Assembly: GCF_004010195.1 (NCBI RefSeq)
Contig: NC_057718.1
Coordinates: 38,435,834-38,482,457 of the forward strand
Length of the DNA stretch: 46,624 nt
Direction: 5' to 3'
Source of the DNA: Chiloscyllium plagiosum
Lineage: Eukaryota
Shown: positions 11,190-23,589 of the stretch, one piece after another
How the letters are laid out: the number at the start of each line of letters is the position of its first letter
How positions within the stretch are numbered: position 1 is the stretch's first letter
Program-made: the position numbers and the translations under genes
Notes under the pieces: model-generated
Seen by the model: the letters and a program-made list of their open reading frames with translations, nothing else
What the model was told of the DNA's origin: nothing
Database searches by the model: none

Positions 11190-14100
11190 AAAGAAATGAG
11201 AGAGCATAGGTTTAAGGTGAGGGGGGGAACATTTAAAAGGAACTGGAGAGGCAACTTTTTCACAAAGAGGGAGCTGCCAGAGGAACTGGTGCAGATGGGT
11301 ACAATTAAAGCATTTAAAAGACATTTTAAAAGTCTCAGATACAGTCACACATAGATGGGTTAACTCCAGGAAAGGTAAGAGAGGTAGGCAGTTAGTACAG
11401 GAGTCTTCTGTGGCTATACCCATTTCAAACAAGTATGTTGATTTGGAAAATGTAGGGGTGATGATTCTCAGGGGAACATAGTACGACCAGGCAAGTTTCT
11501 GGCATTGAGACTGGCTATAATGCAAGAGGGGTGCGTCGGGTTCCAAGAGATCAATTGTGTTGGGGGATTCTCGAGTCCAAGGTACAGACAGATGTTTCTG
11601 TGGCCAGCAGCGAAAAATCGGAATGGTATGTTGCTTCCCTGATGCCAGGATCAAGAATGTCTCAGAGAGGGTGCAGAATGTTCTCAAGGGGGAGAGGGGC
11701 CAGCAAGAGGTCATTGTCCACATTGGAACCAACGACATAGGAAGGGAAAAGGTTGAGATTCTGAAGGGAGATTACAGAGAGTTAGGCAGGAATTTAAAAA
11801 GGATGTCCTTGAGGGTAGTAATATCTGGATTACTCCCAGTGCTACGAGCTAGTGAGGGCAGGAATAGCAAGATAGAGCAGAGGAATGCATGGCTGAGGAG
11901 CTGGTGTATGGGAGAAGGATTCAAATTTTTGGATCATTGGAATCTCTTTTGGGGTAGAAGTGACCCTTACGAGAAGGACGGATTGCACCTAAATTGGAAG
12001 GGGACTAATGTACTGGCAGGGAGATTTGCTAGAGCTGCTCAGGAGGATTTAAACTAGCAAGGTGGGGGGGATCCAGGGAGATAGTGAGAAAAGAGATCAA
12101 TCCGAGACTGGTACAGTTGAGAACTGAAGCAAGTCAAACAGTCAGGGCAGGCAGGGACAAGGTAGGACTAATAAATTAAACTGCATTTATTTCAATGCAA
12201 GGAGCCTAACAGGGAAAGCAGATGAACTCGAGATGGTTAGGAATATGGGACTGCACTATCATAGCAATTACAGAAACATGGCTTAGGGATGGGCAGGACT
12301 GGCAGCTTAATGTCCAAGGATACAAATGCTACAGGAAGGATAGAAAGGGAGGCAAGAGAGGGGAGGGAGTGGCGTTTTTGATAAGGGATAGCATTACAGC
12401 TGTGCTGAGGGTGGATATTCCTGTAAATACATCCAGGGAAGTTATTTGGGTGGAACTGAGAAATAAGAAAGGGATGATCACCTTATTAGGATTGTATTAT
12501 AGACCCCCTAATAGTCAGAAGGAAATTGAGAAACAAACTTGTAAGGAGATCTCAGCTATCGAAGAATAATAGGATGGTTATGGTAGGGGATTTTAACTTT
12601 CCAAACATAGACTGGGACTGCCATAGTGTTAAGGATTTAGATGGAGAGGAATTTGTTAAGTGTGTACAAGAAAATATTCTGATTCAGTATGTGAATGTAC
12701 CTACTAGAGAAGGTGCAAAACTTGACTTACTCTTAGGAAATAAAGCAGGGCAGGTGACTGAGGTGTCAGTGGGGGAGCACTTTGGGGCCAGTGACCATAA
12801 TTCTATTAGATTTAAAATAGTGATGGAAAAGGATAGACCAGATCTAAAAGTTGAAGTTCTATATTGGAGAAAGGCCAATTTTGACAGTATTAGGCAAGAA
12901 CTTTTTGGGGGGAGATGTTTGCAGATAAAGGGATGGCTGGAAATTGGGAAGCCTTCAAAAATGAGATAACAAGAATCCAGAGAAAGTATATTCCTGTTAG
13001 GGTGAAAGGAAAGGCTGATAGGTATAGGGATTGCTGGATGACTTAAGAAATTGAGGGTTTGGTTAAGAAAAAGAAGGAAGCATATGTCGGGTATAGACAA
13101 GATAGATCGAATGAATTCTTAAAAGAATATGAAGGCAGTAGAAGTATACTGAAGAGGGAAATCAGGAGGGCAAAAAGGGACATGAGATAGCTTTGGCAAA
13201 TACATTTAAGGAGAATCCAAAGGGTTTTTACAAATATATTAAGGACAAAAGGGTAACTAGGGAAAGAATAAGGCCCTCTGAGATCAGCAAGGCCGCCTTT
13301 GTGTGGAGCTGCAGAAAATGGGGAGATACTAAATGGGTACTTTGCATCAGTATTTACTATGGATATGGAAGATATAGACTGTAGGGAAATAGATGGTGAC
13401 ACCTTGCAAAATGTCCATATTACAGAAGAGTAAGTGCTGGATAAACCCCAGGACCTGATCAGGTGTACCCTAGAACTCTGTGGGAAGCGAGAGAAGTGAT
13501 TGTTGAGCCTCTTGCTGAGATATTTGGTTCATCGTTAGTCACAGGTGAGGTGCCAGAAGACTGGAGGTTGGCGAACGTGGTGCCACTGTTTAAGAAGGGC
13601 GGTAAGGACAAACCAGGGAACTATAGACCAGTGAGCCTGATGTCAGTGGTGGACAAGTTGTTAGAGGGAATCCTGAGGGACAGGATGTACATGTATTTGG
13701 AAAGACAGGGACTGATTAGAGATAGTCAACATTGGCTTTGTGCGTGGGAAATCATGTCTAACAAACTTGATTGAGTATTTTGAAGAAGTAACAAAGAGGA
13801 TTGATGAGGGCAGAGCAGTAGATGTGACTGTATGGACTTCAGTAAGTCGTTCGACAAGGTTCCCCATGGGAGACTGGTCAGCAAGGTTAGATCTCACGGA
13901 AAAAAGGGAGAACTAGCCATTTGGATACAGAACTGGCTCAAAGTAGAAGACCGAGGGTGGTGGTGGAGGGTTGTTTTTCAAACTGGAGGCCTGTGACCAG
14001 TGGAGTGCCACAAGGATCTGTGCTGGGCCCTCTACTTGTTGCCATTTACATAAATGATTTGGATGCGAGCGTAAGAGATACAGTTAGTAAGTTTGCAGAT

Positions 14101-15098
14101 GACACCAAAATTGGAGGTGAAGTGGACAGTGAAGAAGGTTACCTTGAATTACAACAGGATCTTGACCAGATGGGCCAATGGGCTGAGAAGTGGCAGATGG
14201 AGTTTAATTCGAATAAAGGCGAGGTGATGCATTTTGGGAAAGCAAATCTTAACAGGGCTTATACACTTAATGGTAAGGTCCTAGGGAGTGTTGCTGAACA
14301 AAGAGACCTTGGAGTGCAGATTCATAGCTCCTTGAAAGTGGAGTCGCAGGTAGATAGAATAGTGCAGAAGGCGTTTGGTATGCTTTCTTTTATTGGTCAG
14401 AGTATTGAGTACAGGAGTTGGGAGGTCATGTTGCGGCTGAACAGGACGTTGCTTAGGCCACTGTTGGAATATTGCATGCAATTCTGGTCTCCTTCCTATC
14501 GGAAAGATGTTGTGAAACTTGAAAGGGTTCAGAAAAGGTTTACAAGGATGTTGCCAGGGTTGGAGGATTTGAGTTATAGGGAGAGGCTGGGTATTTTTTC
14601 CCTGCAGCTTTGGAGGCTGAGGGGTGACCTTACAAGAGGTTTACAAAATTATGAGGGGAATGGATCGGATAAATAGACAAAGTCTTTTCCCTGGGGTCGT
14701 GGAGTCCAGAACTAGAGGGCATAGATTTATGGTGAGGGTGGGCAACATTTTCACACAGAGTGTGGTACGTGTATGGAATGATCTGCCAGAGGAAGTGGCA
14801 GAGGCTGGTCCAATTTAAGAGGTATTTGGATGGGTATATGAATATGAAGGATATCGGCTGGGTGCTGGCAGGTGGGACTAGATTGGGTTGGGTTATCTGG
14901 TCGGCATGTACGGGTTGGACCGAAGGGTCTGTTTCCATGCTGTACATCTCTATGACTATTTGGACAGGTAAATGGATGGGAAAGGTTGAGAAGGATATGG
15001 GCTAAAAGCAGGCAAATGGAATTAGTTTAGGTTAGGAAACATGGTTGGCATGGATATATTGGGCCAAAGGGCCTGTTTCTGTGCTTTGTGACTCTATG
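11190..15098 (+). mobile_element. Older CR1 3' fragment split by the younger CR1 (pieces ~11190-11326 and 14958-15098)
   Basis: gagcataggtttaaggtgag...atttaaaagacattt continues as atttggacagg...gggcctgtttctgtgc..gactctatga after the insert. Confidence 0.75.
11327..14957 (+). mobile_element. Near-full-length CR1 LINE (HER1-like): 5'-truncated ORF1 SGNH esterase, frameshifted ORF2 APE endonuclease + RT, 3' UTR
   Basis: ORF1 LGDS, HIGTND, DGLHLN; EN AITETW, YRPP, GDFN, SDHN; RT NYRPVSL, PQGSVLGP, FADD, RPLLEYC..WSP; tail ctctatgact; several stops and frameshifts. Confidence 0.95.
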
Positions 15099-15441
15099 AA
15101 CTTATATTTCACCTTGATAAAGTAGCACATTTTCAATAGTAATTTTCAAATTTCCAATCAACCTTGTCTGCCATGGCTGTTTGGTTATGATGCCAAGGAA
15201 AACTGAATTGGGTCTTTATCTCTCTTTTCCATTCCACAAAAAGAAGTTTCTCCTTCAACAGATAGTTAGTTTCTATCTAGTAACTTATCCACTGTATAGC
15301 TATGATCATGAGTGTGTCGCCTAGGGAACTTGTATTATTTATATGTTGCTATGTTTGGTATACAGCCTATAGGTGCACTAGTGCACTGCTTTGCCATATT
15401 CTCAACTGGACAAAATTGGAGATTTTGTTTTTGTCTTTTAG

Positions 15442-15554
15442 GTGACTGTAAGTAACCTACCTAAAACTGGTTCAATCTGCCATGTTGTTATGCAGTTGCC
15501 ACACGTTTTCCAACGACTAGATGTCTCCAGCTTCACAGATCTGCCTGATGCAAG
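15442..15554 (+). CDS. UTP25: UTP25 coding exon (VTVSNLPKTGSICHVVMQLPHVFQRLDVSSFTDLPDAR)
   Basis: T-rich tract + tag acceptor, gtaatt donor at 15555; 113 nt, phase 0 to 2; not in the ORF track, translated by hand; GSI.HV..QLPHVFQR motif. Confidence 0.93.
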
Positions 15555-15922
15555 GTAATTATTAAATTCAGGGATTCTCTTCCAGTTCGAAGTGCACTGA
15601 ATGGGGTTTGAATTATATTCACAGAATCCCTACAATGTGGAAACAGGCCCAATCTTCTGTATTATCGAGGGTTTGATGTGGAATGGTCTTTGACAAATTA
15701 TGCACTTTACCATTTCAGCTACCTTTACTCAGTGTTCCAAAGTCAAACAGCACAAATAGTTGCATCATAAAAGTTCACCTATTAAAGGCTTCAATATCAA
15801 ACTTGGAAGAAAACCTGTTTGATTTTTCCAGTTCTCACAAGAGTTATAATTTTGTTGTCTGAATATGTTGGTAATTTGTGGAAGGTTACAAAATTCTTTG
15901 TACATTTGGGACTGACTGAGTT

Positions 15923-16208
15923 CATAGAATCCCTACAGTGTGGAAGCTGGCCATTTGGCCCATCGAATGCATACCAATTCTCAAAGAGCATTCCACCCAG
16001 ACCCACCCTGTCGTTATAACCTTGCAATTCCCATGGTCAATCCACCTAACCTGTACATCTTTGAACTGTGGGAGGAAACTGGAGAAAACCCACGCAGACA
16101 TTGGGAGAATGTATAAATCCACACAAGATAGTCGCCCAAGGTTGGAATTGAATCCAGGTCTCTAGTGCTTGAAGTAGCAGTGCTAACCACTGAGCCACCA
16201 TGCCACCC
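15923..16208 (-). mobile_element. HE1/V-SINE-like tRNA SINE
   Basis: Minus strand gggtggcatggtggctcagtggttagcactgct...ggattcaattcc; tail ctgtagggattctatg. Confidence 0.88.
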
Positions 16209-16224
16209 TAAGTTCATTGCAGAA

Positions 16225-17480
16225 AACTTGTCTATCTCAACCTTGAATATATTTAATTGCAAGTTCCCATAACCCCCTTGGGTGGATAATTTGAAGATTC
16301 ATGACCCTCCAAGAAAATAAATTAATCCTATTTCTGTCTTAATTGAGGCATCCTCTTCTGAAATTACACTTCCCCATTCTAGATTATAGCAAAGTTAAAG
16401 TTTTACTGTGTGATAAAAGGCCCTTCAGCCTGTCATGCCCCCAGCAATCTATTCTAATCTCATTTTCTAGCATTTGGTCTGTAACCTTAAATACTATGGT
16501 GTTTCAAGTGTTCATTTAAATACTACTGAAGTGTTATGAGGTTAATATTGATTACCTTCCAGTCCTCTGGCACCCTTCCTGTGGCCTGAGAGGATTTGAA
16601 AGTGAATACAGATGCAAAGTATTCGTTAAAAACCTTATATCTTCCAAATGAACAGTTTGCCACTTAGTTTGAATAGACCCTACTCTTTCCTTGGTAATAC
16701 TCTTAGCCCTAATATTCTGTTTGGAAAATTCTTTATTTTACCCAGCAGTGCTTTTACATGCCTCCTTTTTTGTTTTCCTAATTTCTTTTTTTAAAAACTC
16801 CTTGCACCTTTTCGAGGGATTCTGCTGTTTTGAGCCTGCTTATCTACCATAAGCTTCCTCCTCTTTATTCAATCCTGTACATCCACTGACACATGCCCCT
16901 CACAGCGCCAGGGACCAGTGTTCAATTCCACCCTAGGGTGACTGTCTGTGTGGAGTTTGCATGTTTTCCCCATGTCTGTGAGAGTTTTCTCCGGGTGCTC
17001 CAGTCTCCTCCCACATTCCAAAGGTTAGGGTGGATTGGCCATGCTAAATTGTCCATGATATCCAGGGATGTGCAGGCTAGGTGGGTTAGCCATGGGGAAT
17101 ACAGGGTTACGGGGGTATGGTAGGGGTGTGTGTCTGGGAGGCATGATCTTCGGAGGGTTGGTGTGGACTCAAAAGGCCAAATGACCTGTTTGCACATTGT
17201 AGAGATTCTATCCAGTGTGTTCTCAACTTCTTATCACTATCCTTTATCTTTATCCGGAACATGTTGGCCCTGTACTCTCACTATTTTGTTTTGGAATGGC
17301 ACTAGCTGTTCTGATGGATGCTTTCCTGCAAGTTGCTGCTCCCAGTCCACTTTGTCCAGATCCTGACTTATAATGTTAAAATCAGGTCCCCCAATTCTGA
17401 ATCATTTACTCCTGATCCATCTTTGTCCTTTTCAGTGACTACCTTGAATTGAACTGTGTAATGGTCACTATCATTGAAGT
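16225..17480 (-). mobile_element. Old degraded CR1 fragments (3' ends and ORF2 linker)
   Basis: tctatctcaaccttgaatata, ggcccttcagcc and atctttgtccttttcagtgact..gtaatggtcactatc match the reverse of CR1 ORF2/3' UTR. Confidence 0.55.
16895..17211 (+). mobile_element. HE1/V-SINE-like SINE, 5'-truncated
   Basis: cctcacagcgccagggaccagtgttcaattcca...gtgactgtctgtgtggagtttgca...tgtagagattctat. Confidence 0.85.
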
Positions 17481-17809
17481 GTACACCACTCCCAGGAATC
17501 AACCTAAAAAGCTGCTGTGAACTACCACTGTGCACTTCCTGCAGTATAATCGCCCTTGAGAAGTCCACATAATCAATGTACAAAGACACGCTAAGTAATA
17601 GAAATATAATTCAGGGTGGGTAGATTATTTACATAGACTTTCATAGTTTATTTACAGCATAAATCACATAAATAATAAGACAACTTTGCATTAAATAAAA
17701 CTTCGCAATAGAGAGTCTTCACACTCTCACTCTCAACTGACTCCTCTGATGTCGCAGAGAACATAATAATATAGTAAACTTCCTGTACAAATTTTTGCCA
17801 CTTTATCGA

Positions 17810-18355
17810 GAGTTCTGGATGTAGATTTGCTTGCTGAGCTGGAAGGTTCATTTCCAGACGTTTCATCACCCAACGAGGTAACATCTTCAGTGGGCCTCTG
17901 TGCAAAGCATTGCCAATGATTCCTGCTTTCTATTTGTACGTTTAGGTTTCTTTGGGTTGGTGATGTCATTTCCTGTTCTTTTTCGCAGGGGGTGGTAGAT
18001 GGTGTCTAACTCGATGTGTTTGTTAATACAGTTCCGGTTGGAATGCCATGCTTCTAGGAATTCTTGTGCGTGTTTCTGTTTGACTTGTCCTAGGATGGAT
18101 GTGTTGTCCCAGTCGAAGTGGTGTCCTTCCTTATCTATATGTAAGAATACTAGTGAGAGAGGGTCATGTTTTGTGGCTAGTTGATGTTCATGTATCCTGG
18201 TGGCTAGTTTTCTGCCTGTCCAATGTAGTGTTTGTTACAACTCTTGCACGATATTTTGTAAATGACATTAGTTTTGCTTGTTGTCTATATGGGGTCTTTC
18301 AAGTTCATTAGCTGCTGTTTTAGTGTGTTGGTGGGTTTGTGGACTACTATGATGC
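17810..18355 (-). mobile_element. Penelope-like element fragment (GIY-YIG C-terminal half plus pLTR)
   Basis: Minus-strand reading TGRKLATRIHEHQLAT...HHFDWDNTSILGQ.KQKHAQEFLEAWHS...INKHIELD; same family as 1286 and 23590. Confidence 0.85.
17854..17893 (-). ncRNA. Minimal type I hammerhead ribozyme motif in the Penelope pLTR
   Basis: CCA CUGAAGA U GUUACC UCGUUG GGUGAU GAAAC GUC UGG: intact CUGANGA, GAAA and GUC core, helix I CCA/UGG, 6-bp helix II. Confidence 0.7.
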
Positions 18356-19480
18356 TAAAATACACTGGGCTCCTTCACCCAAGTCATTAATATAGATTGC
18401 AAATAATTGAGACCCTAACATCCAATCGTGTGATGTCCCATTAGGTAGTTTTCCTGAAAGTGACCCATTTCACTTTACTACTTTCTGCTTGGTAAGCAAT
18501 TCTCTTTCTACCCGAAAATATTGGCCCCATCGTGGGCTGTTGTGCAGTAATCTTTTTAATGGCATCTTATCAAATGCTTACTGGAAATCCAAATACACAA
18601 TATGCACAGGTTCCTCTTTATCCACTCTGCTCTTTACATCCTTTATTGAAGAGATCTGGTAAAGATATGTTTACTCTATTTGATTGTATTATGATTTTCA
18701 AAATATCCTACTACCTGAATTATGGATTTCAGTAGTCTTCCAGTTACAGATGGTACACCATTTAGCTTATAATTTCCTGCTTTGTGGCTTTTTCTTGAAT
18801 GGCATATCATTTTTATGGTTTTACAACCCATTTGGATTTTTGAAGAATCTAGGGAAATTTTAAAGATTACAGCTAATGCATTCCTCAATCTCTGTGGCAC
18901 TTCTTTTAATACTCAAATATACATGCCATTAAGACCAAGGGACTTGTCAGTCTTTAGTTGCATTAGTTTGCCTAGTACTTTGCTTGCAATAATTGTTTTA
19001 GATGTCTCCCTTCCCTTTGTCCCGATTAGTTATTAGTAAACTTTTAATGTCATCTACCATGGAGACAGATATAAAATATTTGTTCAAAGTCTTTCCCATT
19101 TCCTTGCTTTTCAGTAGTAATCTCCCAAATCATTCTCTTTAGAGGATCAATATTTACTTTAGCTGTTCTACTCTTTCTGTACATATAAAGGCTCTTGTAG
19201 CAGTTTCTATATTTCTTGCTAATTTTTAAATGTCTGCTACTCCTTATCTACCATCTTACCTTGTAATCTATTTTCTAAATCCACTTTAGCCAACTCCTAT
19301 CTTCATCCTGTTGCAAGAGCCTTTTGATTAATATTGTAGTTTCAGACCCAGGTTTCTCATTGTGAAACTGAATGTGATGTTTGTCATTTTGTGATCATTG
19401 TACTCTGAAGGATCTATTACTGTGAGCTGATAGGTTAAGCCTGTCTCATTACCCATTGTCAGATCTAAGCTTGTTCTCAT
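18356..19480 (-). mobile_element. Old degraded CR1 ORF2 fragment
   Basis: aagtcattaatatagattgcaaataattgagaccc (rc of the PQGSVLGP..IND region), ctggaaatccaaatacac (YLDFQK), tgaagaatctagggaaattttaaag. Confidence 0.65.
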
Positions 19481-19853
19481 CACTGGTGGTTCTTGATTCA
19501 GTCATGGATACGGATATAGTGGGCTAGGACAACAATTATTGTCCATTCCAAACTGGCCTTGAGAATGTGTTGACAAAGTGGCTTCTTGAACTGCTGCAGT
19601 CCACATGGTGAAGATACACCCAGAGTACTAATAGGGGGGATTTTGACCTATTGACAGTTAACGTGTACTGTAGGGCACAGAAGTGATCAAGAAATATCCA
19701 GGGCTTGTAAGAAAAACACTGCTATAATGGTGGGCAACTTTAGTCTTAATGTAGACTGGACAATTAGACAGGATAAGTATATTTGATTCTAGTGTTTAAT
19801 ATCCTATCTTCTAGTTTTTCTAATGATTTGGGTTTTTTTTGTTTTCTCTAAAG

Positions 19854-20099
19854 GTTTGAATTCTTTATCAAGAGTATTTTGCCTCAATACAGAGAAGCAG
19901 TTATGTCCCACACCTTAATTTACATACCGATATATTTCGATTATGTGCGACTGAGAAACTACTTGATCCGTGAAGAAGTAAATTTTTCTCATATTTGTGA
20001 ATACAGCAAAAAATCCACTATTAATCGAGCCAGATATCATTTCCTGAAAGGGGAGAAACCTTTCCTCTTATTCACTGAACGTTTCCATTTCTACAAAAG
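19854..20099 (+). CDS. UTP25: UTP25 coding exon ([23 protein letters not shown]...[12 protein letters not shown])
   Basis: T-rich tract + aag acceptor, gtaaga donor at 20100; 246 nt, phase 2 to 2; [10 protein letters not shown] and TERFHFYKR motifs. Confidence 0.96.
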
Positions 20100-20773
20100 G
20101 TAAGATTCCTGTAATTCAATAAAGCTCATACAGTTTTGCACAGTTCCATTATTTGCCCAAGCTCTCAGTAAAAATTGAATGCCTTTTTTTAATATCTGTG
20201 ATATTCACAGTATAGACAATTTTCAGTCTTGCAAGGGTAAGCAGACTTATGTCAAAGAATGGATTTATACCAACTGGATGTACTATACTATTGTGTTGAT
20301 CCCAGTGCCAGAATTAAAGGTCAATTGGCAAATTTATTTAGGTTAATTAAAATGAGGCATTTTGTATTTCCTTTGAACCTATTTCTAATCAGAAGTTGAG
20401 AATCAGTTGCAAATAATGGCCAACACTTGTGGTTTTGCCACATTATCTACAGCCAAAATTTTTATAATTAATCAAAATGAGTCCTCTTACCGAATTCAAT
20501 GGAATTTCTCTTCAAGTTGAGGATGTTTGGTTTGGAACAGCTTTTAAAAGCGGTTTTAAATGTATAAAGCTACCATTTGTTTTTCAACAACTGTCCTGTT
20601 GGTAATTCTAGCTAATTAGTGTTGCTATCTTACAAAGTAATCCTGCATTGTCAAGCAATCAACACACAAAAGTGTACATTCATTACTTTCTGAATTTGGG
20701 AACAGTTTAATGTGATTTGATAAGTCTATTGTGTGTTTCCCTTTTGAATAATTCTAAATCTTTCTTAATATAG

Positions 20774-21020
20774 GTACGCAATTAAGGGCATCAGACATCT
20801 TATTTTCTATGAGCTTCCTACATATCCGCATTTCTATAGTGACATTTGCAACATGCTAAACCCAGAAAATAGAGGTGATGAAGCAACGTGGACTTGCACT
20901 GTTTTATATTCCAAGTATGATGCTCAGAAGCTGACCCGAGTGGTGGGAGCAGAACGTGCTGCGCAAATGATTCAGTCTAAGAAATCAGTGCATTTGTTTG
21001 TAACTGGAGAAGACTCTTAA
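20774..21020 (+). CDS. UTP25: UTP25 terminal coding exon ([21 protein letters not shown]...[10 protein letters not shown])
   Basis: atag acceptor ending 20773; 247 nt ending in TAA 21018-21020; translated by hand; matches the UTP25 C-terminus ([15 protein letters not shown]). Confidence 0.96.
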
Positions 21021-21084
21021 CAAATTGAGGACTAGCAATATCCAGCAATTTTGTAATCACTGAAATCATGAAATTTGAAATGAA

Positions 21085-21200
21085 AACAAAATGCTGCAGG
21101 TGAAGCAGCATCAATGGAGAGAAGCAAAGTTAATGTTTCAGTTCGCTGATAACATATTATTTTCTATTCACAAATGCTCCCTGACCTGCTGAGTATTTAT
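21085..21200. mobile_element. Degenerate copy of the palindromic element in the UTP25 3' UTR
   Basis: aaatgctgcaggtgaagcagcatcaatggagagaa...ttaatgtttcag...acaaatgctccctgacctgctgagtattt resembles both arms of 4281-4504. Confidence 0.5.
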
Positions 21201-21381
21201 ACTTTGGCCTTATTCTACATTGTTTGCCTTTTTAACTCCAAGGATTTAATACTCAGTTGATCTTTCTACCTCCATTAATGTAAAAATGGCACATTATGAC
21301 TTTTAATTTAACTTGTGTTTTCTCACAAATCCGTAAGTGTAAGACTATATTCTGGAAACATCCTGAGATTAGATTAATAGA

Positions 21382-21445
21382 AATAAACAGCAAACAGAAA
21401 ATTCTAGTGCTTTCAAATAAACTGCAGTTTTGTTTATAATTTTCT
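21382..21445 (+). terminator. Candidate polyadenylation signals of UTP25
   Basis: AATAAA at 21382-21387 and 21416-21421, followed by GT/T-rich gttttgtttataatttt, about 360-400 nt after the stop. Confidence 0.5.
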
Positions 21446-22077
21446 GTAATTGTCAATTGTACAACTTTTATGAAAACTTTTTAAATAGTTCTCAATTTAA
21501 TTTTATATTCTCTGAAATCTTTTGGAAAACCTTAGTTGTGAAAGATGCTCTATAAATGCAAGTTAGTCCCTTTCTGATGTTTCTACAGTAGGGAGGAACT
21601 ATGTGGGGAGAGCAGGCATCAGTCAGCTATCATGTTCTAAAATTTGAAGGTCTCAAATCTCAGACAGCCATCTTGACAGCTGCTGTCAAAAGGTAAATGT
21701 GATGTAAGAGTACTAAGATAGTAAGCCACATTATCTACAGACAGTAAACAAAAGGCTCAGGTAAATGATGGAATGCATGGGTTTGTGCACATGTAGGGCA
21801 GGAATGTCTGGTCTGGAGTGGGAGAAAGGGTGATCAGGTCCGAGGCATAAAGTGTTGTTGTCAGTCCCTAGTGGGGGGAAGGGTGTCGGGTCATGGTTGG
21901 GAGGTGTAGTTGAGGGTGTAAGAGGTAAATTCTGTTCAGTAGCTGCTAAAGAGTTAGCCTAGGAATTTAATTGTCTAACTTTTCATGAGTAACTAATTGA
22001 CTTTAGCAGAGCCCTCTGAATTCTACTATTTTAATGAATACTTTCAGAAGCTTTCAGACATGGAGGTGTTGCTCAGG

Positions 22078-23045
22078 GAAGGCCTGTGACTAGTGCTATG
22101 CCACAGGGGTCAGTGCTGGAGCTTTTGTTATTTGTTATTTTCATAAATGATCTGGATGTGAATGTACAAGGCATGATCAGTAAGTTTGCGGATGATACAA
22201 AATTAGAAGGTATCGTTGATGGTGAGGAAAGTTATTAAAAATTACAGAGGAATCTTGATCAGATGGGGAAGTGGACTGAGGATTGACAAATACAATTCAA
22301 TACAAATACGTGTGAGGTGTTACACTTTCGAAAGTCAAAACAAGGTAGGACTTGGTAAATGGTAAAGTCCTGAGGAGTATTGTGGAACAGTGGGACCTAG
22401 GACTACAAGTACATAGAATGTTGAAAGCAGCATCACAAATAGATAGGGTGGTGAAGAAGGTATTTAGCATGCTACCTTCATCAATCGAGGATGTTTTTGT
22501 TATAGTTGTGAGGCCACAGTTGGAGTATTGCGTACAGTTTTAGTCACCCTGTTATAGAAAGGCATAGTGAAACGAGAAAGCGTGCAAAAAAAATTTACAA
22601 GCATGTTGCTAGTATCAATAGGCCTGAGTTATAGGGAAAGGTTGGCCAGGATAAGACTTTATATAGAAGAATGAAGGGTGACATTATTGAGGTGTATAAA
22701 ATCATGAGGGGCATAGATAGGATGAATGTGTATAGTCTTTTTCCCAGGGATGTGGAGTTGAAAACTAGAAGGCATAGGTTTAAGGTAAGAGGGGAAAGAT
22801 TTAAGAAGGACCTGAGGGGCAATTTCTTCATGCAGAAAGTGATGCGTATATGGAATGGCCTGCCGGAGAAAGTGTTTGAGGCAGGTGCAATAGCAACATT
22901 TTAAAAAAAATTTGGATAGGTACATGGATGAGAAGGGTTTAGAGGGATATGGACAAAATATGGGCAGTTGAAACTAGCTGAGTGGGCACCGTGGTCAGTA
23001 TGGACCCGTTTGGCCCAAAGGACCTGTTTCTATGCTGTATTACTC
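22078..23045 (+). mobile_element. CR1 LINE 3' fragment (RT C-terminal half + 3' UTR)
   Basis: ccacaggggtcagtgctgg, aagtttgcggatgatacaaaa (KFADDTK), RPQLEYCVQF, 3' UTR cccaaaggacctgtttctatgctg. Confidence 0.9.
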
Positions 23046-23589
23046 AATATACCTGAGGAGAATTCCACAGGGTTCCCTTGTGCAACTCTGATCTACAATT
23101 CAGAAACTGTCCATTGGAAAATCTGTGCTTGTGTTTATAATGTTTAAGCTTCATCTCAGATGGTTCATAATGTAGTATTTATTGTTGGAAAACAGTTTAC
23201 TTGTCAAAATTTATTGGTTGCATTTTATGCTCCCAATGGGAACCTGCAATTGTCTAATCTTTTTATCTTAATTGACCCTTCTCCACTTAACCTTCAAAGT
23301 TTTGCATCTTGTTGGGATTTTGTTCCATGCTGCCAACGATTTCATTACTATCCAAGAGGCAATTTTGCATGCAAGACCTTAAACTGAGGCTCATAAGTCA
23401 ACTGAACATAAGAGGATTTTGTGGTTGAATACAAATTTACATTCACACTTGGATAGTGAAAACCTTTGAATATTTTAACTTCTTCCAACCAAAAATCAGC
23501 GAAACAAAGTACATCACTGCAGATAATATCTAGGTTAATCCACAAAGTGGATATTAACACAATTTGGACTCTGTGATTTATTCTATGTT

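Noticed and set aside
23160..23580. Old L1 endonuclease fragment (FYAPN-like motif)
   Set aside because: Only one short motif is recognisable; too degraded to support without an alignment
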